Notes: generated by a model from the sequence alone, not told the origin. Counted from the stretch's first letter, positions 42,409 to 53,147 are shown. The stretch: DNA of 64,000 bases from Brevibacterium luteolum (GCF_013004595.1 NZ_JABEMC010000004.1:124001-188000); one strand, 5' to 3'. Program-made: numbers and translations.

Positions 42409-42885
42409 TCAGTGCCGCGGATCGTGCTCGCCGGCGGTGAAGCCTCCGGTGGATCCGAAGCCGCGGTCGCTGCGCTCGGAGTCCTCCAGGCTGTCGACGA
42501 GGCAGAAGTCGGCGTGGATGACCCGCTGGATGATGAGCTGGGCGATGCGGTCGCCGCGGCGGATCGTGTAGGCGGCGTGCGGGTCGACGTTGATGAGCGG
42601 CACCTTGATCTCTCCGCGGTACCCGGCGTCGATGGTGCCGGGGCTGTTGACGACGGTGATCCCGTGCTTGGTGGACAGGCCGGAGCGCGGGTGCACGAAT
42701 CCGGCATAGCCCTCTGGCAGGGCGATCGCGATGCCGGTGCCCACTGCGCGCCGCTGGCCCGGTTCGAGCACGACGTCCTCGGTTGCGCACAGGTCAGCCC
42801 CGGCGTCGCCGCGGTGTCCGTAGGAGGGCAGGGCGATGTCCGGGTCGAGCTGTCTGATCTCTATCCGCAGTTCTTCATATGCCAC
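42409..42885 (-). CDS. dut: dUTP diphosphatase
   Basis: [37 protein letters not shown] start at 42885. Confidence 0.96.
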   Translation of the reverse strand: MAYEELRIEIRQLDPDIALPSYGHRGDAGADLCATEDVVLEPGQRRAVGTGIAIALPEGYAGFVHPRSGLSTKHGITVVNSPGTIDAGYRGEIKVPLINVDPHAAYTIRRGDRIAQLIIQRVIHADFCLVDSLEDSERSDRGFGSTGGFTAGEHDPRH

Positions 42886-42996
42886 ATTGACGCACTTTAG
42901 CCCGGTACCCGAGCCAGTGCCACCGTCTCGCGGCGTCCGGTTCTGCCCGACCTGCCCTGACTGCTGCCGGTCGCTGGTCTGTGGGATACTTGAAGC

Positions 42997-43461
42997 ATGC
43001 CCGCCACGACTGATTCCTCGAACACTGTGCGCTACCGTGAACGGCTCTGGCCGACCTTCGGCTGGTGGTTCGTTGCTGCGTTTCTGTCCGCGATGACTGC
43101 AGCGATCGTCTTCCCCGTCTGGAGCTGGGGTGCGATGGTGGTTCCCATCGTCGTCTTCGCACTCGTGGCCGGGTGGCTGCGGTCGGCGTCGGCTGTCATC
43201 ATCGTCAGCGACACGGAGTTCATCGCCGGTCCGGCGCATATCGAGCGCAGCTTCATCGCTGAGGCTCAGCCCTGTGACAAGGCGCAGTCGTTCGCCGAGC
43301 GCGGGCCGCTGCTCGATGCGCTTGCCTTCCTCATGCTCCGGCCGTGGGAGCCGCTGCTGGTCAAGGTCATCATCAACGACCCAGAAGACCCGACGCCATA
43401 CTGGCTGGTCTCATCGAAGGATCCGCAGGCGCTTGCTGCTGCACTGAACTCCCAGCGCTGA
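42997..43461 (+). CDS. DUF3093 membrane protein
   Basis: YRERLWP, two TMs, [13 protein letters not shown]; divergent from dut. Confidence 0.88.
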   Translation: MPATTDSSNTVRYRERLWPTFGWWFVAAFLSAMTAAIVFPVWSWGAMVVPIVVFALVAGWLRSASAVIIVSDTEFIAGPAHIERSFIAEAQPCDKAQSFAERGPLLDALAFLMLRPWEPLLVKVIINDPEDPTPYWLVSSKDPQALAAALNSQR

Positions 43462-43492
43462 TGCAGCGCCACTGCAGCGACTGAATGCGAAA

Positions 43493-43525
43493 GAGCACCG
43501 GCAATCCCGCAGGATTCCGGTGCTC
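43493..43525. terminator. Hairpin between convergent DUF3093 and DUF4193 genes
   Basis: GAGCACCGG(C)AATCC-cgca-GGATTCCGGTGCTC. Confidence 0.72.
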
Positions 43526-43554
43526 CTATCGTCTGTTCTCAGCTCGCTCGCTGC

Positions 43555-43854
43555 TCAGCCGGCACAGTCGGTGCAGATCGGCACGCCGCCTTCATCGGTG
43601 GCCAGCTGCGAGTGATGCCGCACAAGGAAGCACTCCATGCAGGTGAACTCGTCGTTCTGCTTCGGCAGAACGCGCACCGACAGCTCCTCGTTGGACAGAT
43701 CGGCACCCGGGAGTTCGAACCCTTCTGCTGCAACCGCCTCGTCTTCATCGACCTGGCTGGCCTGCTGCTGATTTCGCTGAGCCTTCAGCTCTTCAAGGGA
43801 GTCACTGCTGAGTTCGTCTTCCTGCTTACGAGGTGCGTCGTAGTCTGTCGCCAT
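43555..43854 (-). CDS. DUF4193 family protein
   Basis: MATDYDAPR, FELPGADLS, EFTCxxCFLV..SQL, CxDC. Confidence 0.92.
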   Translation of the reverse strand: MATDYDAPRKQEDELSSDSLEELKAQRNQQQASQVDEDEAVAAEGFELPGADLSNEELSVRVLPKQNDEFTCMECFLVRHHSQLATDEGGVPICTDCAG

Positions 43855-43953
43855 CTGGCCTGATCACTCTCCGCTGATATGTGAATTGGAGTGGACGGTC
43901 GCCATAGAGTACCACTCATGCCTATGTCGTGACACCGTTTTGTATCTCATGGA

Positions 43954-43982
43954 ATTGTGCCCGCCATCGGGTCATTTCGCAA
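43954..43982 (-). promoter_or_regulatory. Candidate sigma-70 promoter of the DUF4193 gene
   Basis: TTGCGA-N17-CACAAT on the minus strand. Confidence 0.5.
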
Positions 43983-44112
43983 CAGGAAGCCAGCAAAGAC
44001 ACTTGTGATTCACCACATCGATCCTCAGACGATGCCGGTGTGCGGCACAAAAGGGAAGACGATGGGTAAGCTGAGACCTTATCCACCGATGTCGAAACGA
44101 GAAGGAAACGGC

Positions 44113-44340
44113 ATGAGCGAATTCGAGAATGAGCTTGATAAGCGCGTCAGCGAACTGCAGGAGCAGCTCGCGCAGGCACGCCGTGAAGACAATGAGCATC
44201 TCGTCGAATCTCTCGTCGGGCAGCTCGAAGGAATCGTCGACCTGGCCGATGCCAATGATGTCGACACCGGTGCAATGAAGCGCGTCCTGGCCACCGAGAC
44301 CGGACAGATCCCGATCGTCGAGGATCCGAACGACAGCTGA
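44113..44340 (+). CDS. Small acidic hypothetical protein (75 aa)
   Basis: GAAGGA RBS, ATG 44113, heptad-like N-terminal helix, followed by a terminator. Confidence 0.7.
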   Translation: MSEFENELDKRVSELQEQLAQARREDNEHLVESLVGQLEGIVDLADANDVDTGAMKRVLATETGQIPIVEDPNDS

Positions 44341-44447
44341 GTCCCCCTCCCCGAGCCGCCGTTCATCCCTGACCAGCATCGGAGCTCGGCTCCAGCGCTG
44401 AGACCCGTTCTCTGCCGAGTCAGGCGCCGCGCTCGCACCGCTGAACG

Positions 44448-44483
44448 CTCATGCCCTCACCTGTCAGCAGGTGAGGGCATGAG
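44448..44483. terminator. Hairpin between convergent genes
   Basis: CTCATGCCCTCACCTG-tcag-CAGGTGAGGGCATGAG, 16-bp perfect stem. Confidence 0.82.
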
Positions 44484-44503
44484 TGTGCAGCAGGGAGGAG
44501 ACG

Positions 44504-45625
44504 TCAGCCTGCGGCGGATTCCCACTGCGGGAGAACGGGCTTGTCCCGCATACCCCGGCAGCATTCGATCGAGCACGCGCCGCTGCCGGGCACCAGCGGG
44601 CCCTCCGGAGTGACCGCCGGCGCCTCGACGTTCTCACCGCGGCGCTGGGCGGCCCGCTCTTCGACGAGATCGACGAGTCCGGAGACGAAGGCCTCATGCG
44701 TGCCGACGGTGGCGGCCCGGGTGAAGGCCATCCCGAGTTCGCCAGCAGTCTGCTTGGCCTCGGTGTCGAGGTCGAACTTGACCTCCATATGATCGGAGAC
44801 GAATCCGATCGGCACGAGGATGACGCCTTCTACGCCCTCGTCCTTCAGCTCTGCCATCCGGTCGTTGACGTCTGGTTCGAGCCACGGCACATGCGGCGGG
44901 CCGGAGCGGGAGCAGTAGACGAGTTCAGCGTCGAGCGTCAGCTCGCCGCCGAGCTGGTCGGCGATCCAGTCGATGAGCTGCTGGTGCTGGCCCTGGTAGC
45001 CGGCGGTCCGGACCTCGGATGCCGACTGCATGGCGTTCGGGATCGAGTGTGTGACGTAGAGCAGTCGGTGCTTGGCGGGGTCGATCTCTCCGACCTGTGC
45101 GCGGAAGTCAGTCAGGGCAGCGCGCACTGCATCGAGTTCGGCTTGGGCGAATCCCGGGTGGTTGTAGTACTGGCGGATCTTGTCGATCTCGACATCGATG
45201 CCGTCGTCAGCAAGCTGAGCCGTCACGCCGGCGAAGTCTTCGCGGTACTGGCGGCACGAGGAGTAGGAGGAGTACGCCGAGGTGTCGATGGCGAGGAACG
45301 TGCGTGCTCCTTCTGCTGCGCGCTCACGCAGCACATCGGCCAGGAATGGGTCCCAATTGCGGTTGCCCCACAGCACTGGGGCGTCGATTCCGCGTGCGGC
45401 GAAGGCATCTTCGAGCGCAGACTTGAGCACTCGGTTCTGTTCGTTGATCGGTGAACGGCCGCCGAAGGAGTAGTAGTGCTCGCCGACTTCGGTGAGGCGT
45501 TCGTCTGGGATGCCGCGCCCGCGTGTGACGTTCTGGAGGAACGGCAGCACGTCTTCGGGGCGTTCCGGCCCGCCGAAGGACATGAGCACGACTGCGTCAA
45601 AGGGTTTGAGATTCGAAGTGGTCAC
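44504..45625 (-). CDS. hemH: Ferrochelatase (coproporphyrin ferrochelatase CpfC)
   Basis: SFGGPE, WGNRNW, SYSSCRQY, HSIP, WLEPD, GFVSDHMEV; GTG 45625 lies 7 nt after TAGAAT (alternative ATG 45634). Confidence 0.95.
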   Translation of the reverse strand: MTTSNLKPFDAVVLMSFGGPERPEDVLPFLQNVTRGRGIPDERLTEVGEHYYSFGGRSPINEQNRVLKSALEDAFAARGIDAPVLWGNRNWDPFLADVLRERAAEGARTFLAIDTSAYSSYSSCRQYREDFAGVTAQLADDGIDVEIDKIRQYYNHPGFAQAELDAVRAALTDFRAQVGEIDPAKHRLLYVTHSIPNAMQSASEVRTAGYQGQHQQLIDWIADQLGGELTLDAELVYCSRSGPPHVPWLEPDVNDRMAELKDEGVEGVILVPIGFVSDHMEVKFDLDTEAKQTAGELGMAFTRAATVGTHEAFVSGLVDLVEERAAQRRGENVEAPAVTPEGPLVPGSGACSIECCRGMRDKPVLPQWESAAG

Positions 45626-45774
45626 GGGCTCCATTCTAGGACCTCGGCTGTCCCTCGCCACGGCGGTCAGGCTGGTGGGAGCGTCTGTCTCACGACTCGC
45701 CCGAATATCTGCGCGGTTTGCCGTTGACGGTGTGACACGATCGGGTTCAACCGGATTATGTGGAAGGTGAGGCA

Positions 45775-47067
45775 ATGACGGAGCTGACGTTTCGCGGTGT
45801 GCACAGCGACGGCGAGCACCTGCAGCTGAGCGACGCCGCCGGCAATGACTATCTCCTCCCGATCGACGAAAGCCTCTACGCCGCCATCCGCGCCCACCGG
45901 CTCGATTCGGCTGCGCAGAAGCAGCAGCGTCACGGCCAGCACGTCCGTCCGCGAGACATCCAGGCGATGATCCGCTCGGGCATGACGGCCGAGGAGGTCG
46001 CTGATACCACCGGGGAGTCCCTGGAGCACATCCGCCGCTACGAGCATCCGGTGCTCGCTGAGCGCGGGCACATCTCCCGGCAGGCTCGTGAAACCCTCGT
46101 CTACCCGGACAGCTCCCCCGATGATTCGCCCTCCCCGCTCGTCCGCCTGTGCGAAGAGCGCCTGAAGCTGCGTGATGTCGATATCGAGACGATGTCCTGG
46201 GATGCCTGGAAGCAGAATTCCGGCAGCTGGTACGTCGAGCTGTCCTTCATCGCCGCCGATCGCCGGCGCCGCGCCGGCTGGGAGTACTCACGTGGATCGA
46301 TGATCCCGCTCGACGATGAGGCCCGTTGGCTGGCTGATTCCGGTCCGACGGATTCGGGGCCGATTCCGAACTACGGTTCCGGCAGCGAACGTGCCTACAA
46401 CGCCGAGCACCAGGACTCCTCCGGCTCGGATGCGACGCCGCTACGCGACCACCAGGCCGAGACCGGCCGCATTCTTGAGAGCCTCCGCCGCCGTCGCAGC
46501 CGCAGTGCTGAGAACGGCGTGCTCGGTTCGCAAGGTCCGCGCACCGGTGAGTCAGCTCCCGGCGTCGATCCGGTCGACGCTGCTGCCGACGCACCGGTGC
46601 AGCCGGCTCCCCAGCAGCAGAGCCGTGGTCGCCTGCACGCCGTTGCCGATGCGCCGGCCGCCCGGCCCGATGGTGCACATACCGCGCTCAGCGCCCCAGA
46701 CGAGGCCGATGATGCCGGCCGTCTTCCGCTGCCGGCCGAGCAGCCCAGCAGCGGCCAGTCGAATGCTGCACCGGCTAGTGCCGCACAGTCGACATTCGAC
46801 ATCTTCGATGATCAGCCCTCGCTTCTCGATGAGCCCGGTGTCAGCGATGGCCGCAATTCGACGCAGCCGATCATGACCTCGCAGCCGGACGCTCCACAAA
46901 CGGGAAGCACGGCCGCAGCCGAACCGCAGAGCGGCGCGTCCACCTCGGGTATCGAGGCTGATGCCGGTGAGAGCGCAGAGCCAGCCGGTGAGGAGCCGAA
47001 GAAGAAGAACGGCAGGTCCTCGGTTCCCAGCTGGGACGAGATCATGTTCGGAACCAAGCGCGACTGA
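45775..47067 (+). CDS. sepH: Septation protein SepH (DUF3071)
   Basis: RPRDIQAMIRSG..AEEVA HTH, RYEHPVLAER, disordered middle, C-terminal VPSWDEIMFG. Confidence 0.88.
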   Translation: MTELTFRGVHSDGEHLQLSDAAGNDYLLPIDESLYAAIRAHRLDSAAQKQQRHGQHVRPRDIQAMIRSGMTAEEVADTTGESLEHIRRYEHPVLAERGHISRQARETLVYPDSSPDDSPSPLVRLCEERLKLRDVDIETMSWDAWKQNSGSWYVELSFIAADRRRRAGWEYSRGSMIPLDDEARWLADSGPTDSGPIPNYGSGSERAYNAEHQDSSGSDATPLRDHQAETGRILESLRRRRSRSAENGVLGSQGPRTGESAPGVDPVDAAADAPVQPAPQQQSRGRLHAVADAPAARPDGAHTALSAPDEADDAGRLPLPAEQPSSGQSNAAPASAAQSTFDIFDDQPSLLDEPGVSDGRNSTQPIMTSQPDAPQTGSTAAAEPQSGASTSGIEADAGESAEPAGEEPKKKNGRSSVPSWDEIMFGTKRD

Positions 47068-47142
47068 CCTTCTGAGAAGAGCCGGTTGAGCAGGAGATCT
47101 CCTGTTCAGCCGGCCATGCCCGTGTCAGAGATGGGCAGGGGT

Positions 47143-50100
47143 TCAGCCTGCCAGCTGGACGGGGACGTCGGTCTCGGTGATGAGGGACGGATCATGGGTG
47201 ACGAGGACGACGAGTTCCTCGGCCAGTCCCCCGCGCAGGTCGGCCATGAGTGCGGCTGCCATCTCCTCGTCGAGGTGCGCGGTCGGCTCATCGAGAACCA
47301 CCACCTCGGCGTCGGCAAGCAGGGTGCGCGCCACGGCGAGGCGCTGCCGCTGACCGCCGGACAGATGCCCGCCGCCGGCACCGATGCGCTCGTCGAGTCC
47401 GATGTCTGCGGCGAGCTCGCCGAGCCCGACGCGTTCGAGCGCGGAGAGCAGCTCGGCATCGCTGGGTTTGTCCTCGCGCGGCCGGGCGATGAGCAGGTTC
47501 GCGCGCAGCGTCGAGTCGAAGACATGCGCCTCCTGCGGGCACCAGGAGATCCGCCCGGCCAAGTCCATCGGCAGGCAGGCCAGCGCGTCGGTGTCGTTGA
47601 GCTGGTAGCGGCCGGTGCGCGGGTCGAGGAAGCGCAGCAGCACGCTGACCAGGGTCGTCTTACCGGATCCTGACGGCCCGGTGACAGCAGCCACTCCGCC
47701 GCGGGGCAGCACGGCGTTCAGGCCGGTGAAGACGTCGGACTGGGTGCCCGGCCAGCGCGCCGAGACGTCCGACAGGGTCAGCTGGGTGATCTGCTCGGGC
47801 CTCACACCTGTGGCGAGCCCGCCTTCTTCACCTGCCGGGTCGAGGTCGTCGACGCGGGCAAGGATCCGGGCCAGCCCCGGCCACTGCTGGACCGCGGTCA
47901 ACGAGTCGGCGAAGGCGTCGATGAGTGCCAGCGGCAGCAGCACGGTGACGGCGAGGAGTTCGCCGCTGAGCTCACCGGCTGCGACCTGTCCGGCGAGCAC
48001 CGGGATCATGATGATGCCGGTGAGCACGCCGACTGCGGTGATGATGCCCTCTCCGAGGCCCGTGGCGCGGATCGCTGCTGATTCGTAGGCCGCCGCCGAG
48101 GTATCGGCGTGCGCGAACTGTGCGGCTGCCGGTTCGGTGCGGCCTGCAGCGATGAGGTCCTCGCGGGCATAGAGCAGGCGCGAGAGCACACCGAGAGCGC
48201 GCTGCCGGGCGGCCAGGGTTGCGCTGCTGGCTGTGCGGTCGGCGCGCAGGGTCACCCACGGTGCGGCGCACAGGCACAGCAGGCCGCCGGCGAGCATGAT
48301 GAGTGCGGCTTCCCAGGCGATGACAGCCAGGGTTCCGACAGCGGCGATCGTCACGCCGAGGGCGACGACTGGGGGCAGCACGACACGGGGTGCGATGTCG
48401 CGGATGTCGTCGACATCGGCGATGAATCGCGTGAGTGCGATATCGCCGCGCAGCAGGGTGCGGTTGGCGGTGCCGGTGCGGGCGAAACCGGTCCACATCC
48501 GCTCGCGCAGGTCGATGAGGGCGCGCAGCACTGCATCGTGCAGCGCCAGTCGCTGCAGGTAGGTGAACACCGCGCGCGACAGTCCGAAGAATCGCACGCC
48601 GACGATCGCGACGAGCAGGTACATGATCGGCGGCTGGGCCGAGGCGCGGACGATGAGCCAGGCAGACACGCCGGTGAGTGCGGCGCCGGCGGCAACTGCG
48701 GCGACTCCGTAGAAGACTGCCAGCCAGAACTTCACCGAGCGCATGTCGACTGCCGCTGCCAGGCGACGCAGCAGCGTGCCCGTCGGCACTGCGTCCACAG
48801 CCGTCTGCTCGTCGGCTGGAGCCGTCACCCGGGTGCTCGCCGGAGCGGCTGCATCACCGGCCGTGGTGTCGACCGCAGAAGGCGCGGGGACTGACCGATC
48901 GGTGACAGCCGGTCGCGAGGCAGGGGTGAGGCGGATGTGTGCATCAGCTTCGGAGACGAGGGTCGAGTCGTGGGTCGCGGCGATGACCGGCCGAGTGCGC
49001 GCGAGTCGGTGAAGGGTCTGCCGGACGGCGGCTGCCGCTGCTGCGTCGAGATGGGCAGTCGGTTCGTCGACGAGGATGAGTTCGGCGTCGCCTTGGGCGC
49101 GCACACGGGCAATGGCCAGTCGGCGCTGCTCCCCTGGGCTCAGCGCAGCGCACGGCATCTCAGGGTCGACATCGAGAGCTGCCGCGGCTGAGATCTCGGC
49201 GGCCTCCTCGGCGCTGAGCTGCCGGCCGGCGTACAGCGAGAGCTCTTCGATGACAGTCGGTTCGAACATCCGCGGACCCTGCCCGGCGTAGGCCACGCGG
49301 GCGGGGACACCGGTCAGGCTGCCGGTGATGCGGCACTCCCCTGCCTCAGTGCTGCGGACTAAGCCTGCGAGCACGCCGAGCAGTGTGCTCTTGCCCGAGC
49401 CTGAGGTGCCGGTGACCGCGGTGAGGCCGGTGCTCGGCACCTCGGCGGTCAGCGGCGGCAGCACCGGCTGCTGGCGGGAGGCGTAGGAGACGCTGAGCTC
49501 ATCGAAGGTAATCGGTGCACCGGCAGGGGCGGTCTGCGAGATTTCAGATGCTGATTCCTGTCCGATGCGCTCGGCGACAGGGTGATCGGTCATCTCGGTG
49601 ACACGGTCGTAGGCGGCCACACCGTTTTCAGTCGAGTGGAATGCAGCACCCAGGCGGCGCAGCGGCAGGAAGCACTCCGGGGCAAGGATGAGGGCGAAGA
49701 GCCCGGCTTCCAAGCCCATGTGCCCGTAGACAAGGCGCACGCCGATGAAGACCGCGACGACCGCGACGGAGATCGTGGCGATGAGCTCCAATGCCAGTGC
49801 GCTGATGAAGGCCACGCGCAGGGTCTGCATCGTCGTGGCGCGGTAGCTGGTGCTCATGCGCCGCAGTGCAGCCGTCTGGGCGGTGACCCGGCCGAGACCG
49901 ACGAGGACGGGCAGGCCGCGGGCGAGTTCGACGATGTTGGTCGAGAGCTGGTCGAGGGCGCGCGTGGCGTCGGCGACGCGGTTCTCGGTGTAGCGGCCGA
50001 TGAGGATCATGAACATCGGCACGAGCGGCAGGGTCAGGATGAGGATGAGGGAGCTGACCCAGTCGGTGAAGAGGACCCGGACGATGATGAGGCCGGGGAT

Positions 50101-50529
50101 GAGCGCACTTGCAAGCAGAGCGGGCAGCACCCCGGTGAAGTAGTCGTCGAGATCATCGAGGGTGCGGGTCGCGGTGAGCGCGAGGGCACCGTCTGAGGCC
50201 GGCAGGTCTCGACCCGAGCCGGCGAGGCTGCGGTCAACGAGGCGGGAGCGCAGCGTGGTCTTGAATCCCACGGCAGCGCGCGCACCGGCAGTCTTCGAAG
50301 CCCAGGTGGCCAGCCCGCGGATGAGGGCGCCGATGATGCCGAGCGCTGCGGCCATCGTGATTGGCCGACCTTCCATCGCTGCGACGATGCCGCGGGCGAT
50401 GCCGTCAGCGACGAGGATGAGGCCGAGTGCTTGGGCTGCCGCGATGAGGCCGAGCAGCCATAGCGCCCGCCGGCCCTGTGGGGCCGCGAGCGCTATGGCG
50501 ACAGGCGATCGGCGCTGTGTCCGGGTCAC
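47143..50529 (-). CDS. cydDC: Fused CydD-CydC ABC exporter
   Basis: Two TMD-NBD units in one 1128 aa ORF; TMQTLRVAFIS (CydD), GVRFFGLSRA..Y..RL..HD (CydC); two Walker A motifs. Confidence 0.92.
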   Translation of the reverse strand: MTRTQRRSPVAIALAAPQGRRALWLLGLIAAAQALGLILVADGIARGIVAAMEGRPITMAAALGIIGALIRGLATWASKTAGARAAVGFKTTLRSRLVDRSLAGSGRDLPASDGALALTATRTLDDLDDYFTGVLPALLASALIPGLIIVRVLFTDWVSSLILILTLPLVPMFMILIGRYTENRVADATRALDQLSTNIVELARGLPVLVGLGRVTAQTAALRRMSTSYRATTMQTLRVAFISALALELIATISVAVVAVFIGVRLVYGHMGLEAGLFALILAPECFLPLRRLGAAFHSTENGVAAYDRVTEMTDHPVAERIGQESASEISQTAPAGAPITFDELSVSYASRQQPVLPPLTAEVPSTGLTAVTGTSGSGKSTLLGVLAGLVRSTEAGECRITGSLTGVPARVAYAGQGPRMFEPTVIEELSLYAGRQLSAEEAAEISAAAALDVDPEMPCAALSPGEQRRLAIARVRAQGDAELILVDEPTAHLDAAAAAAVRQTLHRLARTRPVIAATHDSTLVSEADAHIRLTPASRPAVTDRSVPAPSAVDTTAGDAAAPASTRVTAPADEQTAVDAVPTGTLLRRLAAAVDMRSVKFWLAVFYGVAAVAAGAALTGVSAWLIVRASAQPPIMYLLVAIVGVRFFGLSRAVFTYLQRLALHDAVLRALIDLRERMWTGFARTGTANRTLLRGDIALTRFIADVDDIRDIAPRVVLPPVVALGVTIAAVGTLAVIAWEAALIMLAGGLLCLCAAPWVTLRADRTASSATLAARQRALGVLSRLLYAREDLIAAGRTEPAAAQFAHADTSAAAYESAAIRATGLGEGIITAVGVLTGIIMIPVLAGQVAAGELSGELLAVTVLLPLALIDAFADSLTAVQQWPGLARILARVDDLDPAGEEGGLATGVRPEQITQLTLSDVSARWPGTQSDVFTGLNAVLPRGGVAAVTGPSGSGKTTLVSVLLRFLDPRTGRYQLNDTDALACLPMDLAGRISWCPQEAHVFDSTLRANLLIARPREDKPSDAELLSALERVGLGELAADIGLDERIGAGGGHLSGGQRQRLAVARTLLADAEVVVLDEPTAHLDEEMAAALMADLRGGLAEELVVLVTHDPSLITETDVPVQLAG

Positions 50530-51563
50530 TGATGGTGACTGCGGATTGCGACCGGCACCTGGTGGGCTGGCGGGATGTGCTCGGTCTTCAGACGCTTGGC
50601 GAAGACCGAGTAGCTCCAGATCTGGTAGGCCAGCACGATCGGCACGAAGACGATCGCGACGATGAGCATGACGGTGAGCGTGTATCCCGAGGAGGAGGCG
50701 TTCGAGACCGTCAGCGAGAAGCTGTCATCGACCGTCGACGGCAGAACCTTGGGGTAGATCGCCAGGAAAACGGTGGTGACACCGACGGCGAGGAAGAGGC
50801 TCTGGGCGAAGAAGGCCGACTTCTCGGAACCGCGGCGGATCTGCACCCACATGAGGGCGGCCATTGCCGCGGCGACGACGATGAGGACCCAGCCGAGGAG
50901 TCCTCCGTGCATGACCTGGACGATGATGACCCAGGCGACCAGCGGCAGCAGGAACACCGGGGCCAGCTTGGCGGCCAGTGCGCGTGCCCGGAAGCGGACT
51001 TCTCCATCGGTCTTGAGCGAGATGAACAGCAGGCCGTGCAGCAGGCAGAACCCGACGACGCCGAGTCCGCCGATGATGGCGTAGATGTTGACCCAGGCGA
51101 AGGCACCGCCGATGTTGTCACCGTTCTCGTTGAGCGGCAGACCGGTGGTGGTCAGCGCCAGCATCGCACCGACGCAGAAAGCTGCGAGGGCGGAACCGCC
51201 AGACAGACACCAGGTCCAGCCGTTGCGCCAGGCCTCTGTGTGGACCTTGCCGCGGTACTCGATGGCGACAGCGCGCAGGATGAGTGCCAGCAGCGCGAGC
51301 GTCAGCGGCAGATACAGCGCTGAGAACAGCGATGCGTACCACATGGGGAAAGCTGCGAAGGTCGCTCCGCCAGCGGTGAGCAGCCACACCTCGTTGCCGT
51401 CCCAGACGGGCCCGATGGTGTTGAGCAGCACGCGGCGCTCCTTCTCGTCGCGGGAGAAGCCCTTGAGGAGCATCCCGACGCCGAGGTCGAATCCTTCGAG
51501 GAACAGGTAGCCGAGCCAGAGAACGGCGATGAGAATGAACCAGATTGTCGGCAGAAGATCCAT
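50526..51563 (-). CDS. cydB: Cytochrome bd ubiquinol oxidase subunit II
   Basis: LEGFDLGVG, IGPVWDGNEVWL, FAAFP.WYA. Confidence 0.97.
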   Translation of the reverse strand: MDLLPTIWFILIAVLWLGYLFLEGFDLGVGMLLKGFSRDEKERRVLLNTIGPVWDGNEVWLLTAGGATFAAFPMWYASLFSALYLPLTLALLALILRAVAIEYRGKVHTEAWRNGWTWCLSGGSALAAFCVGAMLALTTTGLPLNENGDNIGGAFAWVNIYAIIGGLGVVGFCLLHGLLFISLKTDGEVRFRARALAAKLAPVFLLPLVAWVIIVQVMHGGLLGWVLIVVAAAMAALMWVQIRRGSEKSAFFAQSLFLAVGVTTVFLAIYPKVLPSTVDDSFSLTVSNASSSGYTLTVMLIVAIVFVPIVLAYQIWSYSVFAKRLKTEHIPPAHQVPVAIRSHHQ

Positions 51564-51572
51564 GTTCTCCCC

Positions 51573-53147
51573 TTAGTACGCGAACGACAGTACGTCGTCG
51601 TCACTCTTGTCGACTGTGGGTTTGTAGTTGGCCTTGTCGATCTCCGGCATGGCTGAGACGACGCCACCGCGGGAGTAAACCATGATGAGCCTGAGCTCAA
51701 AGACCATGAGCACTCCGTAGATGAGCGTGAGCGCGATGAGTGAGAAGAGCATCTCCGCTGCGCTGACCGATGGTGAGATCGCAGCCGCCGTGTAGAGGAA
51801 CACCCCGTCGACTCCCGACGGGTCGGGGTTCGGCGCGACGACGAACGGCTGACGGCCCATCTCGGTGAACACCCAGCCGGCAGAGTTCGCGATGAACGGT
51901 GCCGCGATTCCCCACAGCGCCAGGCGTGAGAGGAACGTCGAGCGCGGCACGGTGCCCTTGCGGGTGACGATCAGCGCGTAGGCTGCCGCAGCTGCGCCGA
52001 GAACGCCGAAGCCGATCATGAGGCGGAAGCCCCAGTAGGTGACGATCATGAGCGGCTGGTAATCGACTTCCTGCCCGGAGTAGGGGCCGTACATCTCACC
52101 TTCCGGCAGCGTCGTGCCGTATTTCTCCTGGTACTCAGGGATGAGGGTGTTGACGCCGGGCACCTCGGTGTTGAAGTCGCCGTTGGCCAGGAAGGACAGC
52201 AGTCCGGGGACCTCGATGACCGGGGTGACGTCGTCACACTGATTCGACGCCAGGTTGCCGATCGTGAGCACGGAGAACTCGCTCCCGTCGTGGCAGGCGC
52301 CCTCTGCCGACGCCATCTTCATCGGCTGCTGTTCGTACATGAGCTTGGCCTGGATGTCGCCGGTGATGGCGACGAAGACGAAGGCAATGACTGCAGCCCA
52401 GGCGCCGATGCGCAGGGACTTGTACCACACGGTGTGGTCCTTCTCGTCGCGGCCAGGCACCTCGGGAGCAGAGCCGACGATGACGCGGCCGGTCTTCTCG
52501 TCAACGGTGTCGATGCCGTCGACCCGCCGGCGCCACAGGTGGTACCAGGCGATGCCGAGCAGGAAGGCGCCACCGACTGCAACTGATCCGGCGAGGGTGT
52601 GGGTATATGCAGCCCAGGCGGTGTTGTTCATCAGCACTGCGCCGACATCGACCATCTGCGGTCGTCCGTCGATGATCTCAACGCCGACTGGGTGCTGCAT
52701 CCAGGAGTTGGCCACGATGATGAAGTAGGCCGAAATCCACGAGCCGATGACAGCAGCCCACAGCACGCCGAGGTGGACCTTGCGGTTGAGGCGGCCCCAG
52801 CCGAAGATCCACAGACCGAGAAATGTCGATTCGAGGAAGAAGGCGATGAGCGCCTCCATCGCCAGCGGAGCCCCGAAGACGTCGCCGACGAAGCGCGAGT
52901 ACTCCGACCACGCCATGCCGAACTGGAACTCCTGGACGATGCCGGTGGCAACACCCATGATGAAGTTGATGAGGTACAGCTTGCCCCAGAACTTCGTGGC
53001 ACGCAGCCACATCTCGTTGCCGGTGCGGTGATACATGGTCTGCAGGATCGCAACCAGCAGACCCAATCCGAGGGTCAGCGGCACCATCCAGAAGTGGTAC
53101 ACCGTAGTGATGCCGAACTGCCATCGGCCGATCAGTACCGGATCCAC
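51573..53147 (-). CDS. cydA: Cytochrome bd ubiquinol oxidase subunit I
   Basis: RWQFGITTVYH, QEFQFGM, NSWMQHP, QPMKMASAE, EMGRQP. Confidence 0.97.
   Translation of the reverse strand: MDPVLIGRWQFGITTVYHFWMVPLTLGLGLLVAILQTMYHRTGNEMWLRATKFWGKLYLINFIMGVATGIVQEFQFGMAWSEYSRFVGDVFGAPLAMEALIAFFLESTFLGLWIFGWGRLNRKVHLGVLWAAVIGSWISAYFIIVANSWMQHPVGVEIIDGRPQMVDVGAVLMNNTAWAAYTHTLAGSVAVGGAFLLGIAWYHLWRRRVDGIDTVDEKTGRVIVGSAPEVPGRDEKDHTVWYKSLRIGAWAAVIAFVFVAITGDIQAKLMYEQQPMKMASAEGACHDGSEFSVLTIGNLASNQCDDVTPVIEVPGLLSFLANGDFNTEVPGVNTLIPEYQEKYGTTLPEGEMYGPYSGQEVDYQPLMIVTYWGFRLMIGFGVLGAAAAAYALIVTRKGTVPRSTFLSRLALWGIAAPFIANSAGWVFTEMGRQPFVVAPNPDPSGVDGVFLYTAAAISPSVSAAEMLFSLIALTLIYGVLMVFELRLIMVYSRGGVVSAMPEIDKANYKPTVDKSDDDVLSFAY

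Noticed and set aside
44004..44017. TGTG...CACA motif near the DUF4193 promoter as a CRP site
   Set aside because: Half-site spacing is 2 nt too short
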